A stretch of 37,036 nt of DNA from NCBI GenBank assembly GCA_030651515.1, contig JAUSEO010000043.1, positions 1-37,036 on the forward strand, read 5' to 3'. This DNA is from an archaeon. Lineage in GTDB: Archaea; Iainarchaeota; Iainarchaeia; Iainarchaeales; GW2011-AR10. Position 1 is the stretch's first letter. The number at the start of each line of letters is the position of its first letter. A program made the position numbers and the translations under genes. Positions 9,309 through 16,779 of the stretch are shown piece by piece. Below the pieces are notes generated by a model. It searched no databases, was not told where the DNA came from, and was given only the letters and a program-made list of their open reading frames with translations.

Positions 9309-9914
9309 GTGCTGAACGAACACCGCGAAAAATTCAAAAGCATTTCAATCAAGGTTGGAGTGCTTTTCTCCAAAATACCTCTTTCGCCAAACCAGTGGAC
9401 ACTCTTCAGCATTGTGCCTGCAATCATCGCCTCGTGGCTCATTGCGCAAAACCAGTTCCTTTACGCAGCCATTTTTTTCGCAGCAGCCTCATTCCTGGAT
9501 TTTGTGGATGGAAGCGTTGCACGCGTCACGGGCCGCGTGACAAAATTCGGGGCCTACCTTGATACAGTCCTTGACAGGTACGTCGAGTTCCTCGCAATTG
9601 TTGGATTATTCTATGCAGGCCTTCCAACAGTTTTTTTGCCTGCAAAAGAATGGCTTTTGCTATACCTTTTCGGCTCAATGATGACGACTTACGCAAAGGC
9701 TGCGGCAAAAGAAAAAGAAATCACTCAGACAGAAATAAAGGGCGGTTTCTTTGAAAGGGCGGAACGCCTCATAATCCTGTTTATAGGCCTGTTGCTTGCC
9801 TTTGCACAGGGCACCGTGTTTTTGGCCATGGCAGTCATTTTGCTTGCAGCAATAACCAATCTAAGCGCCCTGCAAAGGATATTCATCGTCGCTAAGCTTG
9901 CCTCAAAAAGTTAA
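9309..9914 (+). CDS. CDP-alcohol phosphatidyltransferase, probably archaetidylinositol-phosphate synthase (PgsA-like)
   Basis: PN..T, signature DFVDGSVAR...GAYLDTVLDR and G.FERAER; co-oriented with ino1. Confidence 0.85.
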   Translation: MLNEHREKFKSISIKVGVLFSKIPLSPNQWTLFSIVPAIIASWLIAQNQFLYAAIFFAAASFLDFVDGSVARVTGRVTKFGAYLDTVLDRYVEFLAIVGLFYAGLPTVFLPAKEWLLLYLFGSMMTTYAKAAAKEKEITQTEIKGGFFERAERLIILFIGLLLAFAQGTVFLAMAVILLAAITNLSALQRIFIVAKLASKS

Positions 9915-9966
9915 AAAAGTCTTCACAGCAAACCTAATTAAAGCGAGGGGAAAAAAATTTGGTGAA

Positions 9967-11850
9967 ATGGTGGACTACAAAAAAATCGGTTTGAAGGCAG
10001 GCCTTGAAGTCCACCAGCAGCTTGACACGGGCAAACTGTTCTGCAGGTGCAAAACAATACTCCGCGATGACGCACCTGGCCTTGTGACCAAGCGGTTCAT
10101 GCGTGTCACCACTTCCGAGCTTGGGGAAATGGACCAGGCAGCACTTGAAGAATTCAAAAAAAAGCACGCTTTTTTCTACGAATCATTTTTCGACACCACT
10201 TGCGAGGTGGAACTTGACGAGGCCCCCCCAAAAAGCATTGACAAAAACGCGCTTGAAACAGTGCTCGAAATAGCCCTTCTCACAAACTCGCGCGTTTTTG
10301 AAAAAATACCTGTCATGAGAAAAATAGTCATAGACGGTTCAAACACTTCAGGCTTCCAGCGGACCGCGCTTGTCGCAGTGAACGGAAAAATAAAGGCAGG
10401 GGAAAAAACAGTCGGAGTGCAGACAATCGCAATAGAAGAGGACTCGGCGCGCCCATCAGAAAAAAAGGACGGCGCAGTGACTTACAGGCTTGACAGGCTT
10501 GGCACGCCCCTCATAGAGCTTGCAACCGCACCAGAGCTTTTCACGCCCCTGGAAGTGAAAAACGCTGCACTTGAAATAGGAAAAATTTTCAGGTTAACCG
10601 GAAAAACCAAGCGCGGCCTTGGGACAATCAGGCAGGACATAAACGTTTCCATCACAGGCGGGCAGAGAATTGAAATCAAGGGCGTGCAGGACCTGCAGAA
10701 CATCGACAAATACGTTGAACATGAAGCAAACAGGCAGGCCATACTCCTTGAAATAAAAGCGGAGCTTGAAAAACGCGGGTGCACAACACAGAAAATACTT
10801 GAAAACAAAATGGCTCCACTTGGAATGCTTGAAAACCCGAAGGACTTCCTCAAAGGAAAAAAAATCAGCGGAATACGCCTGCCGTTTTTTGCAGGCTTGG
10901 TTGGAAAAGAAATCCAGCCACTGCGCAGGCTTGGAACGGAGTTTGCAGACCATGTTCGGAAAAAAACAGCCGCAAAAGGGATAATGCACTCAGACGAAAA
11001 CCTTGAACAGGCCTATGGAATCACAGAGAAAGAAAAACAGGCCTTTGCACATTCACTTGGCGTGGCTGAAAAAGATGCGTTTGTTCTCGTGGCAGAAAAC
11101 GATGCACAAAAAGCAAAGGAAATACTTGAAGAAGCCGTTCTTTTTCGCGCTGCACAATGCCTGGAAGGGGTGCCAAAAGAAACCAGGGAAGCACTTGACG
11201 ACGGAAACAGTTCCTACCTGCGCCCCATTCCAGGTGCTGCCAGGATGTACCCGGAAACAGACCTCGAGCCAATAAACGTGAAAAAAGAGACCATTGAAAA
11301 AATAAAAAAGAACCTGCCGCTTTCAGAAGAGGACAGGGAAAAACTTTACACTGCGTGGGGCTTGAGCAGAAAACTCGTTGAACAAATGAAGCTGAACAAC
11401 TACGCGCCTTTCTTTGAAGAGCTCGTGAAAAATGGCTTCAATGCGACAAAAACAGCCGTGTTTTTGCTTGAAACACTCGTGGAAGCAAAAAGACTTGGAG
11501 CAAAAACAGACAGCCTCTCACGGGAACAGTTAAGGCAGTTCATGGAAAAAACCAGGACAGGGGAAATAAAACCCGAAGTGGAAACCGAGTTGCTCAAAGA
11601 GTTCTCAGAAAACCCGCAAAAAAGCATTGGAGAAACAATTTCAGGAAAAAAAATAGAGCACGCAAGTGACGCAGAAGTCCTTGAAACCGTGAAGAGGGTC
11701 TTTGAAAAAAACCGCCAGCTTGTGGAGGCAAAAGGGCAGGCAGCCTTTTCCGCCCTCATGGGAGACGCAATGCAGGAATTAAAGGGGCATGCAAGTGGAA
11801 AACAGGTAAGCGACGCACTCAAAAAAATCCTTGAGGAAAACAAAAAATGA
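9967..11850 (+). CDS. gatE: Glu-tRNA(Gln) amidotransferase subunit E
   Basis: GLEVHQQL, MRKIVIDGSNTSGFQRT, RGLGTIRQD, PGAARMYPETD. ATG 9967 follows SD-like GGTGA. Confidence 0.95.
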   Translation: MVDYKKIGLKAGLEVHQQLDTGKLFCRCKTILRDDAPGLVTKRFMRVTTSELGEMDQAALEEFKKKHAFFYESFFDTTCEVELDEAPPKSIDKNALETVLEIALLTNSRVFEKIPVMRKIVIDGSNTSGFQRTALVAVNGKIKAGEKTVGVQTIAIEEDSARPSEKKDGAVTYRLDRLGTPLIELATAPELFTPLEVKNAALEIGKIFRLTGKTKRGLGTIRQDINVSITGGQRIEIKGVQDLQNIDKYVEHEANRQAILLEIKAELEKRGCTTQKILENKMAPLGMLENPKDFLKGKKISGIRLPFFAGLVGKEIQPLRRLGTEFADHVRKKTAAKGIMHSDENLEQAYGITEKEKQAFAHSLGVAEKDAFVLVAENDAQKAKEILEEAVLFRAAQCLEGVPKETREALDDGNSSYLRPIPGAARMYPETDLEPINVKKETIEKIKKNLPLSEEDREKLYTAWGLSRKLVEQMKLNNYAPFFEELVKNGFNATKTAVFLLETLVEAKRLGAKTDSLSREQLRQFMEKTRTGEIKPEVETELLKEFSENPQKSIGETISGKKIEHASDAEVLETVKRVFEKNRQLVEAKGQAAFSALMGDAMQELKGHASGKQVSDALKKILEENKK

Positions 11851-12692
11851 TTAAAGTCACGAAAAAAATGGTTCTAAAAGCACTCAAAAACAGGAGGCCT
11901 GATTCACACAAAGGGGAAAACGGGCGTGTGCTTGTAGTCGGCGGGTCTGAAGAATACGCAGGCGCCCCATTGATCGCGGCTTTGGCTGCAAAAGCCGTGC
12001 TCCGCACAGGCACAGACCAGTCAGTTCTTTTTGCCCCTGAAAAAGTGGCTTGGAGTGCAAACGCTTACTCACCTGATTTGATAACCTATAAGACAAAAGG
12101 AAAGTTCCTTGCAAAAAAACACGCGCAACAAGTAATCAAAATGGCAAAAAATTTTGACTGCATCTGCATTGGGAACGGGATTGGCTTGCGCAAAGAGACA
12201 AGGGAATTCGTGAAAAAAGCCGTGAACAGCACAAGCATTCCAAAAATCGTTGACGCTGACGCAATCAAGGCACTTGCAGGGCACAGATTCAAAAACGACA
12301 CAATCATTACCCCGCACTTGAAGGAACTTGAAATTTTTGCACAAAAAAGAGTTCAACGCACAGGAGAGGAAGTCAAAAAAATCGCGCAAAAACACAACTG
12401 CATAGTTTTACTCAAAGGCAAAACCGACATTATCTCTGACGGACAAAAAACGTTCTATAACACGACTGGAAATGCAGGAATGACTGTAGGCGGAACTGGT
12501 GACTGCCTTGCGGGAATCTGTGCAGCCCTGGTTTCACACAAAAACAGCTTGCTTGAATCAGCGTGCGCAGGGGCATACATCAATGGCCTTGTGGGAGACA
12601 GGCTTTTAAAGAAAAAAGGCTTTGGGTTTACAGCAACGGACATCGTCGAAGAAATACCTTACACCGTAAAAAGCATGAAGGGAATGAAATGA
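11847..12692 (+). CDS. nnrD: ADP-dependent NAD(P)H-hydrate dehydratase (YjeF C-terminal domain)
   Basis: DSHKGENG, GGSEEYAGAP, DADA, TPH..E, GGTGD.LAG. Confidence 0.9.
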   Translation: MIKVTKKMVLKALKNRRPDSHKGENGRVLVVGGSEEYAGAPLIAALAAKAVLRTGTDQSVLFAPEKVAWSANAYSPDLITYKTKGKFLAKKHAQQVIKMAKNFDCICIGNGIGLRKETREFVKKAVNSTSIPKIVDADAIKALAGHRFKNDTIITPHLKELEIFAQKRVQRTGEEVKKIAQKHNCIVLLKGKTDIISDGQKTFYNTTGNAGMTVGGTGDCLAGICAALVSHKNSLLESACAGAYINGLVGDRLLKKKGFGFTATDIVEEIPYTVKSMKGMK

Positions 12693-13051
12693 GCCACAAA
12701 AAACCACTGACAGTCAAAAAACCTTGGGGAAAATTCACCCAGTACACGCACAACGAAAAAACAACCGTGAAAATAATCGAGGTCAAAAATGGGGAGTCGC
12801 TCAGCCTCCAGTCGCACGAAAAACGGGATGAACTCTGGGTGGCACTTGACGATGGCCTGATTGTTGAAATCAGCGGGAAAAAAACAAGGGCAAAAAAAGG
12901 AGAACAATTTTTCATTCCACGCAAAACCAAGCACAGGCTAAGCGCAACAAAAAACGCGCGCATCCTCGAAATCGCTTTCGGAGAATTCGACGAAAAAGAC
13001 ATCACCCGATACGAGGACAAGTACGGGCGAACAGGAACAAACAAAACCTGA
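12689..13051 (+). CDS. Stand-alone cupin resembling the type II mannose-6-phosphate isomerase C-terminal domain
   Basis: KPWG, LSLQSHEKRDE.W, HRL, DITRYEDKYGR. Start at ATG 12689 (ATGA overlap with nnrD). Confidence 0.85.
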   Translation: MSHKKPLTVKKPWGKFTQYTHNEKTTVKIIEVKNGESLSLQSHEKRDELWVALDDGLIVEISGKKTRAKKGEQFFIPRKTKHRLSATKNARILEIAFGEFDEKDITRYEDKYGRTGTNKT

Positions 13052-13061
13052 AAAAAATAAG

Positions 13062-13184
13062 TCAAATCATTTTCCGCGCGCCTGACTTTAAACGGCGCAG
13101 GCATTTTTTGTGGAACCATTGTCCCAAGGCTTTTTTGTCCGCACCAGGCTGGCTGCAGAAAGTGCATTGTTCGGCTGAGTCCAT
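13062..13184 (-). CDS. 40-aa putative zinc-finger microprotein (not in the ORF track)
   Basis: Hand translation MDSAEQCTFCSQPGADKKALGQWFHKKCLRRLKSGARKMI with C-x2-C-x14-H-x2-C; fills the gap between the cupin and antiporter genes. Alternative in-frame ATG at 13193. Confidence 0.7.
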   Translation of the reverse strand: MDSAEQCTFCSQPGADKKALGQWFHKKCLRRLKSGARKMI

Positions 13185-13301
13185 GAATGTCATTTAGAAT
13201 ATGTGCATGGGCAATTAAAAAATTTATGTCCAAGAATTTGTGCTTAATTTGCCTTTACGACAACGTTTTTATTAAGATAAAAAAATATTCTTCAGACCCA
13301 A

Positions 13302-14825
13302 ATGCCTTCAGCAGTCCTTCCACTGACAACAATCGGGGTAATCCTGGTGTTTTCAATTGTTTTAAGCATTTTTTTCAAACGCATTGGCCAAAACCCAGTG
13401 CTTGGATTCATACTTTCAGGGTTTCTTTTGGGGCCGTTCGTGTTTGGATTCCTAAGCCCACAAGACGAGCTGGTGAAAGCCTTTGCAGAGCTTGGCTTAT
13501 TCGTCCTCCTTTTTTACCTCGGAATAGAGCTTTCGTTCAAGGACTTCATGAAAGCCGGGGTGCCAACAGTAATCCTTGCGCTCTGTGACATGGCTGCCTT
13601 GGCGGCAATTGGTTTTATTTCCTCGACTTTGCTTGGATTCTCTTTCCTGTTTTCCGCAGGAGTCGGGCTCATGCTTTTATCCACAAGCTCCGCAGTAGTC
13701 GGGAAATTCATTATTGACCGCGGAATGTCAAAACAAAAACCAGCACAACTTGCCCTTGCAATACTCATACTCCAGGATTTTTTGGGGATAATGCTCTTGG
13801 TTTTCATTTCAAGCCTTTCAGGCTCCGGCTCCGCATTAAGCCTCTCCCTCACTGCAGGCGTGTTTGCAATGGTTGCATTTTACGCGGTCCACCGGGTCTC
13901 GGGGTTTGTAGAAAGATTCTTTGAAAAGCACCGCTTAAGTGAAGCGGAACTCTCAATCTATGGCCTCGGGATAGGCCTCGTGGTTGCGGCAGTTGGAGGG
14001 TTTCTTGGCCTGGCCCCGGCACTTGGCGCATATTTTGCAGGCTTTGCGCTCTCTGAACTAAAAGCGGGGGAAAAAGTAAAACTACAAATCGGGTTTCTGC
14101 GCGACTTTTTCCTTTTGTTTTTTTTCGTTTCATTCGGCACAAGCCTGTTTTTTGACACGGCAATAAACCAAGCCATAATCCCGCCACTTGGACAACTGTT
14201 GTTTTTAGGCATTCTTGCACTCCTGCTTTCCATTGCAACAATCATTGCACACGCAGCCATCTTCACTTTTTTGGGGCCCGCCTTTGGAATCACAAACCGC
14301 GAGTCAAGCGAAGTCGCAATTTTCCTAACCCCCCTTGGGGAATTCGTAATAATAATTGCATTGTCAATACTCCCACTCCTCGCACCTGCAGAAGCATTGA
14401 TGCTTGCCCCGATAGCTTTTCTGTTGATTGTCTTTACTCTCCTCTTGTTCCAACCACTTCACAATTTGCTTGACCTTCACGACAAACTCACTGCAAAGCT
14501 GCCAGCACTTGCCCAGAGGCCGCAAAACGAGTCACCAGTGAATGAATACACTCCCCTTGCACGCCAAGCACTCCACGACATAGGAGTAAACCTGATTCTC
14601 TTTGTGTGCCTTGTCTGGATAACTATTCTACTTTATGAGAACATTCCCGCCATTGGCATTCCAGTGCCATTTGGGCGCGCAATCAACGCCACCATCCTCC
14701 TTGCGTTCTTTGCAGTCCCCCCGCTTGTAAAAGTCTTTCGGTCCGCTGGAAAACTCTGGGCATACTCCCGCGAAAACCATTCCCCGCATGAACAAAAGTT
14801 TGCGTCAAAAAACCAAGCCGTTTAA
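13302..14825 (+). CDS. Cation:proton antiporter (CPA2 / Kef-like) with extra C-terminal TM segments
   Basis: AELG..LLF.LG.E, STSSAVV, ILILQD, LGAY.AG..LSE, RDFF..FF, PLGEF motifs. Confidence 0.85.
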   Translation: MPSAVLPLTTIGVILVFSIVLSIFFKRIGQNPVLGFILSGFLLGPFVFGFLSPQDELVKAFAELGLFVLLFYLGIELSFKDFMKAGVPTVILALCDMAALAAIGFISSTLLGFSFLFSAGVGLMLLSTSSAVVGKFIIDRGMSKQKPAQLALAILILQDFLGIMLLVFISSLSGSGSALSLSLTAGVFAMVAFYAVHRVSGFVERFFEKHRLSEAELSIYGLGIGLVVAAVGGFLGLAPALGAYFAGFALSELKAGEKVKLQIGFLRDFFLLFFFVSFGTSLFFDTAINQAIIPPLGQLLFLGILALLLSIATIIAHAAIFTFLGPAFGITNRESSEVAIFLTPLGEFVIIIALSILPLLAPAEALMLAPIAFLLIVFTLLLFQPLHNLLDLHDKLTAKLPALAQRPQNESPVNEYTPLARQALHDIGVNLILFVCLVWITILLYENIPAIGIPVPFGRAINATILLAFFAVPPLVKVFRSAGKLWAYSRENHSPHEQKFASKNQAV

Positions 14826-14851
14826 AACATATCTGACAAAAAACAAGGTAT

Positions 14852-15793
14852 ATGGTCATCTGCCTGATTGCACTTCCAATCCTTTTGGTTCTAAGCATTT
14901 TTTCCGCAAAGTACAGAAGCCTTGCAAACGAATCCATTAAATGCGCGGTGAACAAAATTACATTCCGGCCATGCGACAGGACGCTTGAACAAAAACTAAA
15001 AAAAATTGTGTTTGGGACCATCCTCAAGTACAATGAAAAAGCCGCTTTTTCTGTGATGAAAAACTTTGAAGCACTCTCAGTCCTCTTTGGCGTGCTCATG
15101 GTGCTCAGCGTGATTGGAACTGGAATCGGGTTGTACAATTTTTACGCTTACGGGAACTGCAATGGCCCGGCAACAAACGCGTTCTGCATTTTCAACCCCG
15201 AAACATATTCTTCCGGCATAGAAATTTTCGGTTTCCGCTTTTTTGAAACTGTGCACACACCAGAAGAAGTCAAGCCAATCAACCTGGGCGACGTTCCATC
15301 ACTTGGCGACCAGAACGCGCCAATACAGATAATCGAGGTCGGGTGCTTTACCTGCCCGTACACAAAAGCAGCAGAGCCACTCGTCAAAGAACTTCTCGAA
15401 AAACATGGCGGCAGAATCAATTTTTCCTTCAAGTATTTCCCGCTTCCAAACCACGCGTACAGTTTTGAAGCCGCTGCAAGCGCTGAGTGCGCACGCGAAC
15501 AAGGCAAGTTCTGGGAGTACAAGGAAAAACTTTTCGAGCACCAGGCTGAGTGCACGCAAAGCCCAAGCAAAGAAGAGCTTTACACGAATTTTTTCCTGAT
15601 TGCAAACTCGCTTGGCCTTGGCAAGGAGCAATTCCGCCAATGCGTTGAAACCGGAAAATACAATGCAGTCGTTGAAGCACACAAACGGGACGCCGTCAGT
15701 GCAGGCATTTACGGCACCCCCACATTCTACGTCAACGGCACTGTGCTTGTCGCACCGAAAACACTTGAAGAATTCGAAAGCGCTTTCAAGTGA
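14852..15793 (+). CDS. Membrane-anchored DsbA-family thioredoxin-fold protein with a Cys-containing N-terminal domain
   Basis: G..NAP..I.E...CPY, FPL..H, AECAREQGKFWEY, GIYGTPTFYVNG; two hydrophobic segments in the N-terminal 100 aa. Confidence 0.85.
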   Translation: MVICLIALPILLVLSIFSAKYRSLANESIKCAVNKITFRPCDRTLEQKLKKIVFGTILKYNEKAAFSVMKNFEALSVLFGVLMVLSVIGTGIGLYNFYAYGNCNGPATNAFCIFNPETYSSGIEIFGFRFFETVHTPEEVKPINLGDVPSLGDQNAPIQIIEVGCFTCPYTKAAEPLVKELLEKHGGRINFSFKYFPLPNHAYSFEAAASAECAREQGKFWEYKEKLFEHQAECTQSPSKEELYTNFFLIANSLGLGKEQFRQCVETGKYNAVVEAHKRDAVSAGIYGTPTFYVNGTVLVAPKTLEEFESAFK

Positions 15794-15802
15794 CAAAAAA
15801 AA

Positions 15803-15921
15803 TAGCCCCGCAGAGATTCGAACTCTGGTCTCAGGGTTTCTTCCAAAGGTCCTGCCTTGGCGAACCAAAACGCAAGCGTTTGGCCAAAGCCCTGCATCCT
15901 TGGCCACTAGACTACGGGGCT
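15803..15921 (-). tRNA. tRNA-Gln(UUG) with a 46-nt intron at 37/38 (intron 15838-15883)
   Basis: Acceptor AGCCCCG/CGGGGCT (A1-U72), anticodon stem CAGGG/CCCTG, loop CT-TTG-G|A, T-arm CAGAG-TTCGAAT-CTCTG; bulge-helix-bulge motif; no encoded CCA. Confidence 0.93.
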
Positions 15922-16083
15922 GATTAGCATATTTTCTGTGAAAGTTTTCTTAAAAAGGTTGCCATCATCTTGCCATGGAACCAATGAAAAACTACACCAG
16001 CATTATAGCCTCCTCGAGTAGGTGAAACCTACAAACACCCAGGAACAACAATCTTAAATTAAAAGGCAAAGCCAGGATAAAAA

Positions 16084-16242
16084 CTAGAAAAGGGCGTAAA
16101 CAAACGGTGACAGGACAGACGACTGGCCAAAAACAATGAGGACTGCAACCAGCACCAGCATTAGTATTATTGGAGCAAGCCACCACGCCCTTTTTTTCCA
16201 CAGGAACCGAAACATGTCTTTTGCAATTGTCAAAAAATCCAT
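16084..16242 (-). CDS. 52-aa SxtK-like / DUF5989 small membrane protein (not in the ORF track)
   Basis: Hand translation MDFLTIAKDMFRFLWKKRAWWLAPIILMLVLVAVLIVFGQSSVLSPFVYALF fits the family pattern FL..RKKWWL.P...S..APFIY.LF; neighbours a carbamoyltransferase. Confidence 0.85.
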   Translation of the reverse strand: MDFLTIAKDMFRFLWKKRAWWLAPIILMLVLVAVLIVFGQSSVLSPFVYALF

Positions 16243-16371
16243 GAAAAAAACCTTGCCTGATAGTAATGTATTTTTCCAAAAACCTTAAAAACTTAGGAGA
16301 AACCAAAAAATTGGTTAAATACCTTTAAAAACAGTTTAAAACCCAATCTTTAAAATAATGGGTGACTTGTT

Positions 16372-16761
16372 TTGGATGCAGCAAAATCGCTTGGCTTTTT
16401 ATCAGGCCTCTCACTTCTTTTTTTAGTGCTTGGCTCGCTTTGGGCACATGCAGCCCCAATAACTCTTCCATTTATTGCAGGGCTTTTTTTATCCAACCTT
16501 TTGCTTGGGGTCTTGCTCCCAAAAGTTTTTCCAAAAAACCCGTTTTTTTCAGGGTTCCATAACGGGATTCAAGAGTTTGGAAAAAAAGCAAACTTTGCCG
16601 TAGTCAGTGCAGCATTAGTTGCTGTTTACTTGCTTGGGGTTGGAGTGACGTGGGGTTTTTCAAAAATAACAGGGAAAAACTTTCTTAGAATGAAGGCAAC
16701 TGGAAAAAGCAGCTGGGTTGATGTTTCCCAAAAAAAACGGAATTTTGAGGAAATGTTTTGA
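16372..16761 (+). CDS. SxtJ-like membrane protein
   Basis: Hydrophobic N-terminus; C-terminal Y.L.V......ITGKNFL.......SSW.......FEEMF resembles the SxtJ tail; lies directly upstream of the carbamoyltransferase. Confidence 0.6.
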   Translation: MDAAKSLGFLSGLSLLFLVLGSLWAHAAPITLPFIAGLFLSNLLLGVLLPKVFPKNPFFSGFHNGIQEFGKKANFAVVSAALVAVYLLGVGVTWGFSKITGKNFLRMKATGKSSWVDVSQKKRNFEEMF

Positions 16762-16779
16762 CAAAAAAAAGGTGTTTGA

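Noticed and set aside
7755-9914. Di-myo-inositol-phosphate pathway
   Set aside because: No inositol-phosphate cytidylyltransferase gene or domain is seen; a lipid head-group role is simpler.
15299-15907. 202-aa minus-strand ORF, and similar antisense ORFs such as 12628-13233 and 30432-30965
   Set aside because: They overlap well-supported genes or a tRNA and carry no recognisable motifs.
16018-16032. Hairpin GTAGGT-GAA-ACCTAC
   Set aside because: A single short stem with no supporting structure; could be chance.
15992-16306. 104-aa minus-strand ORF from the track
   Set aside because: It overlaps, in another frame, the 52-aa SxtK-like ORF that has a recognisable family pattern.
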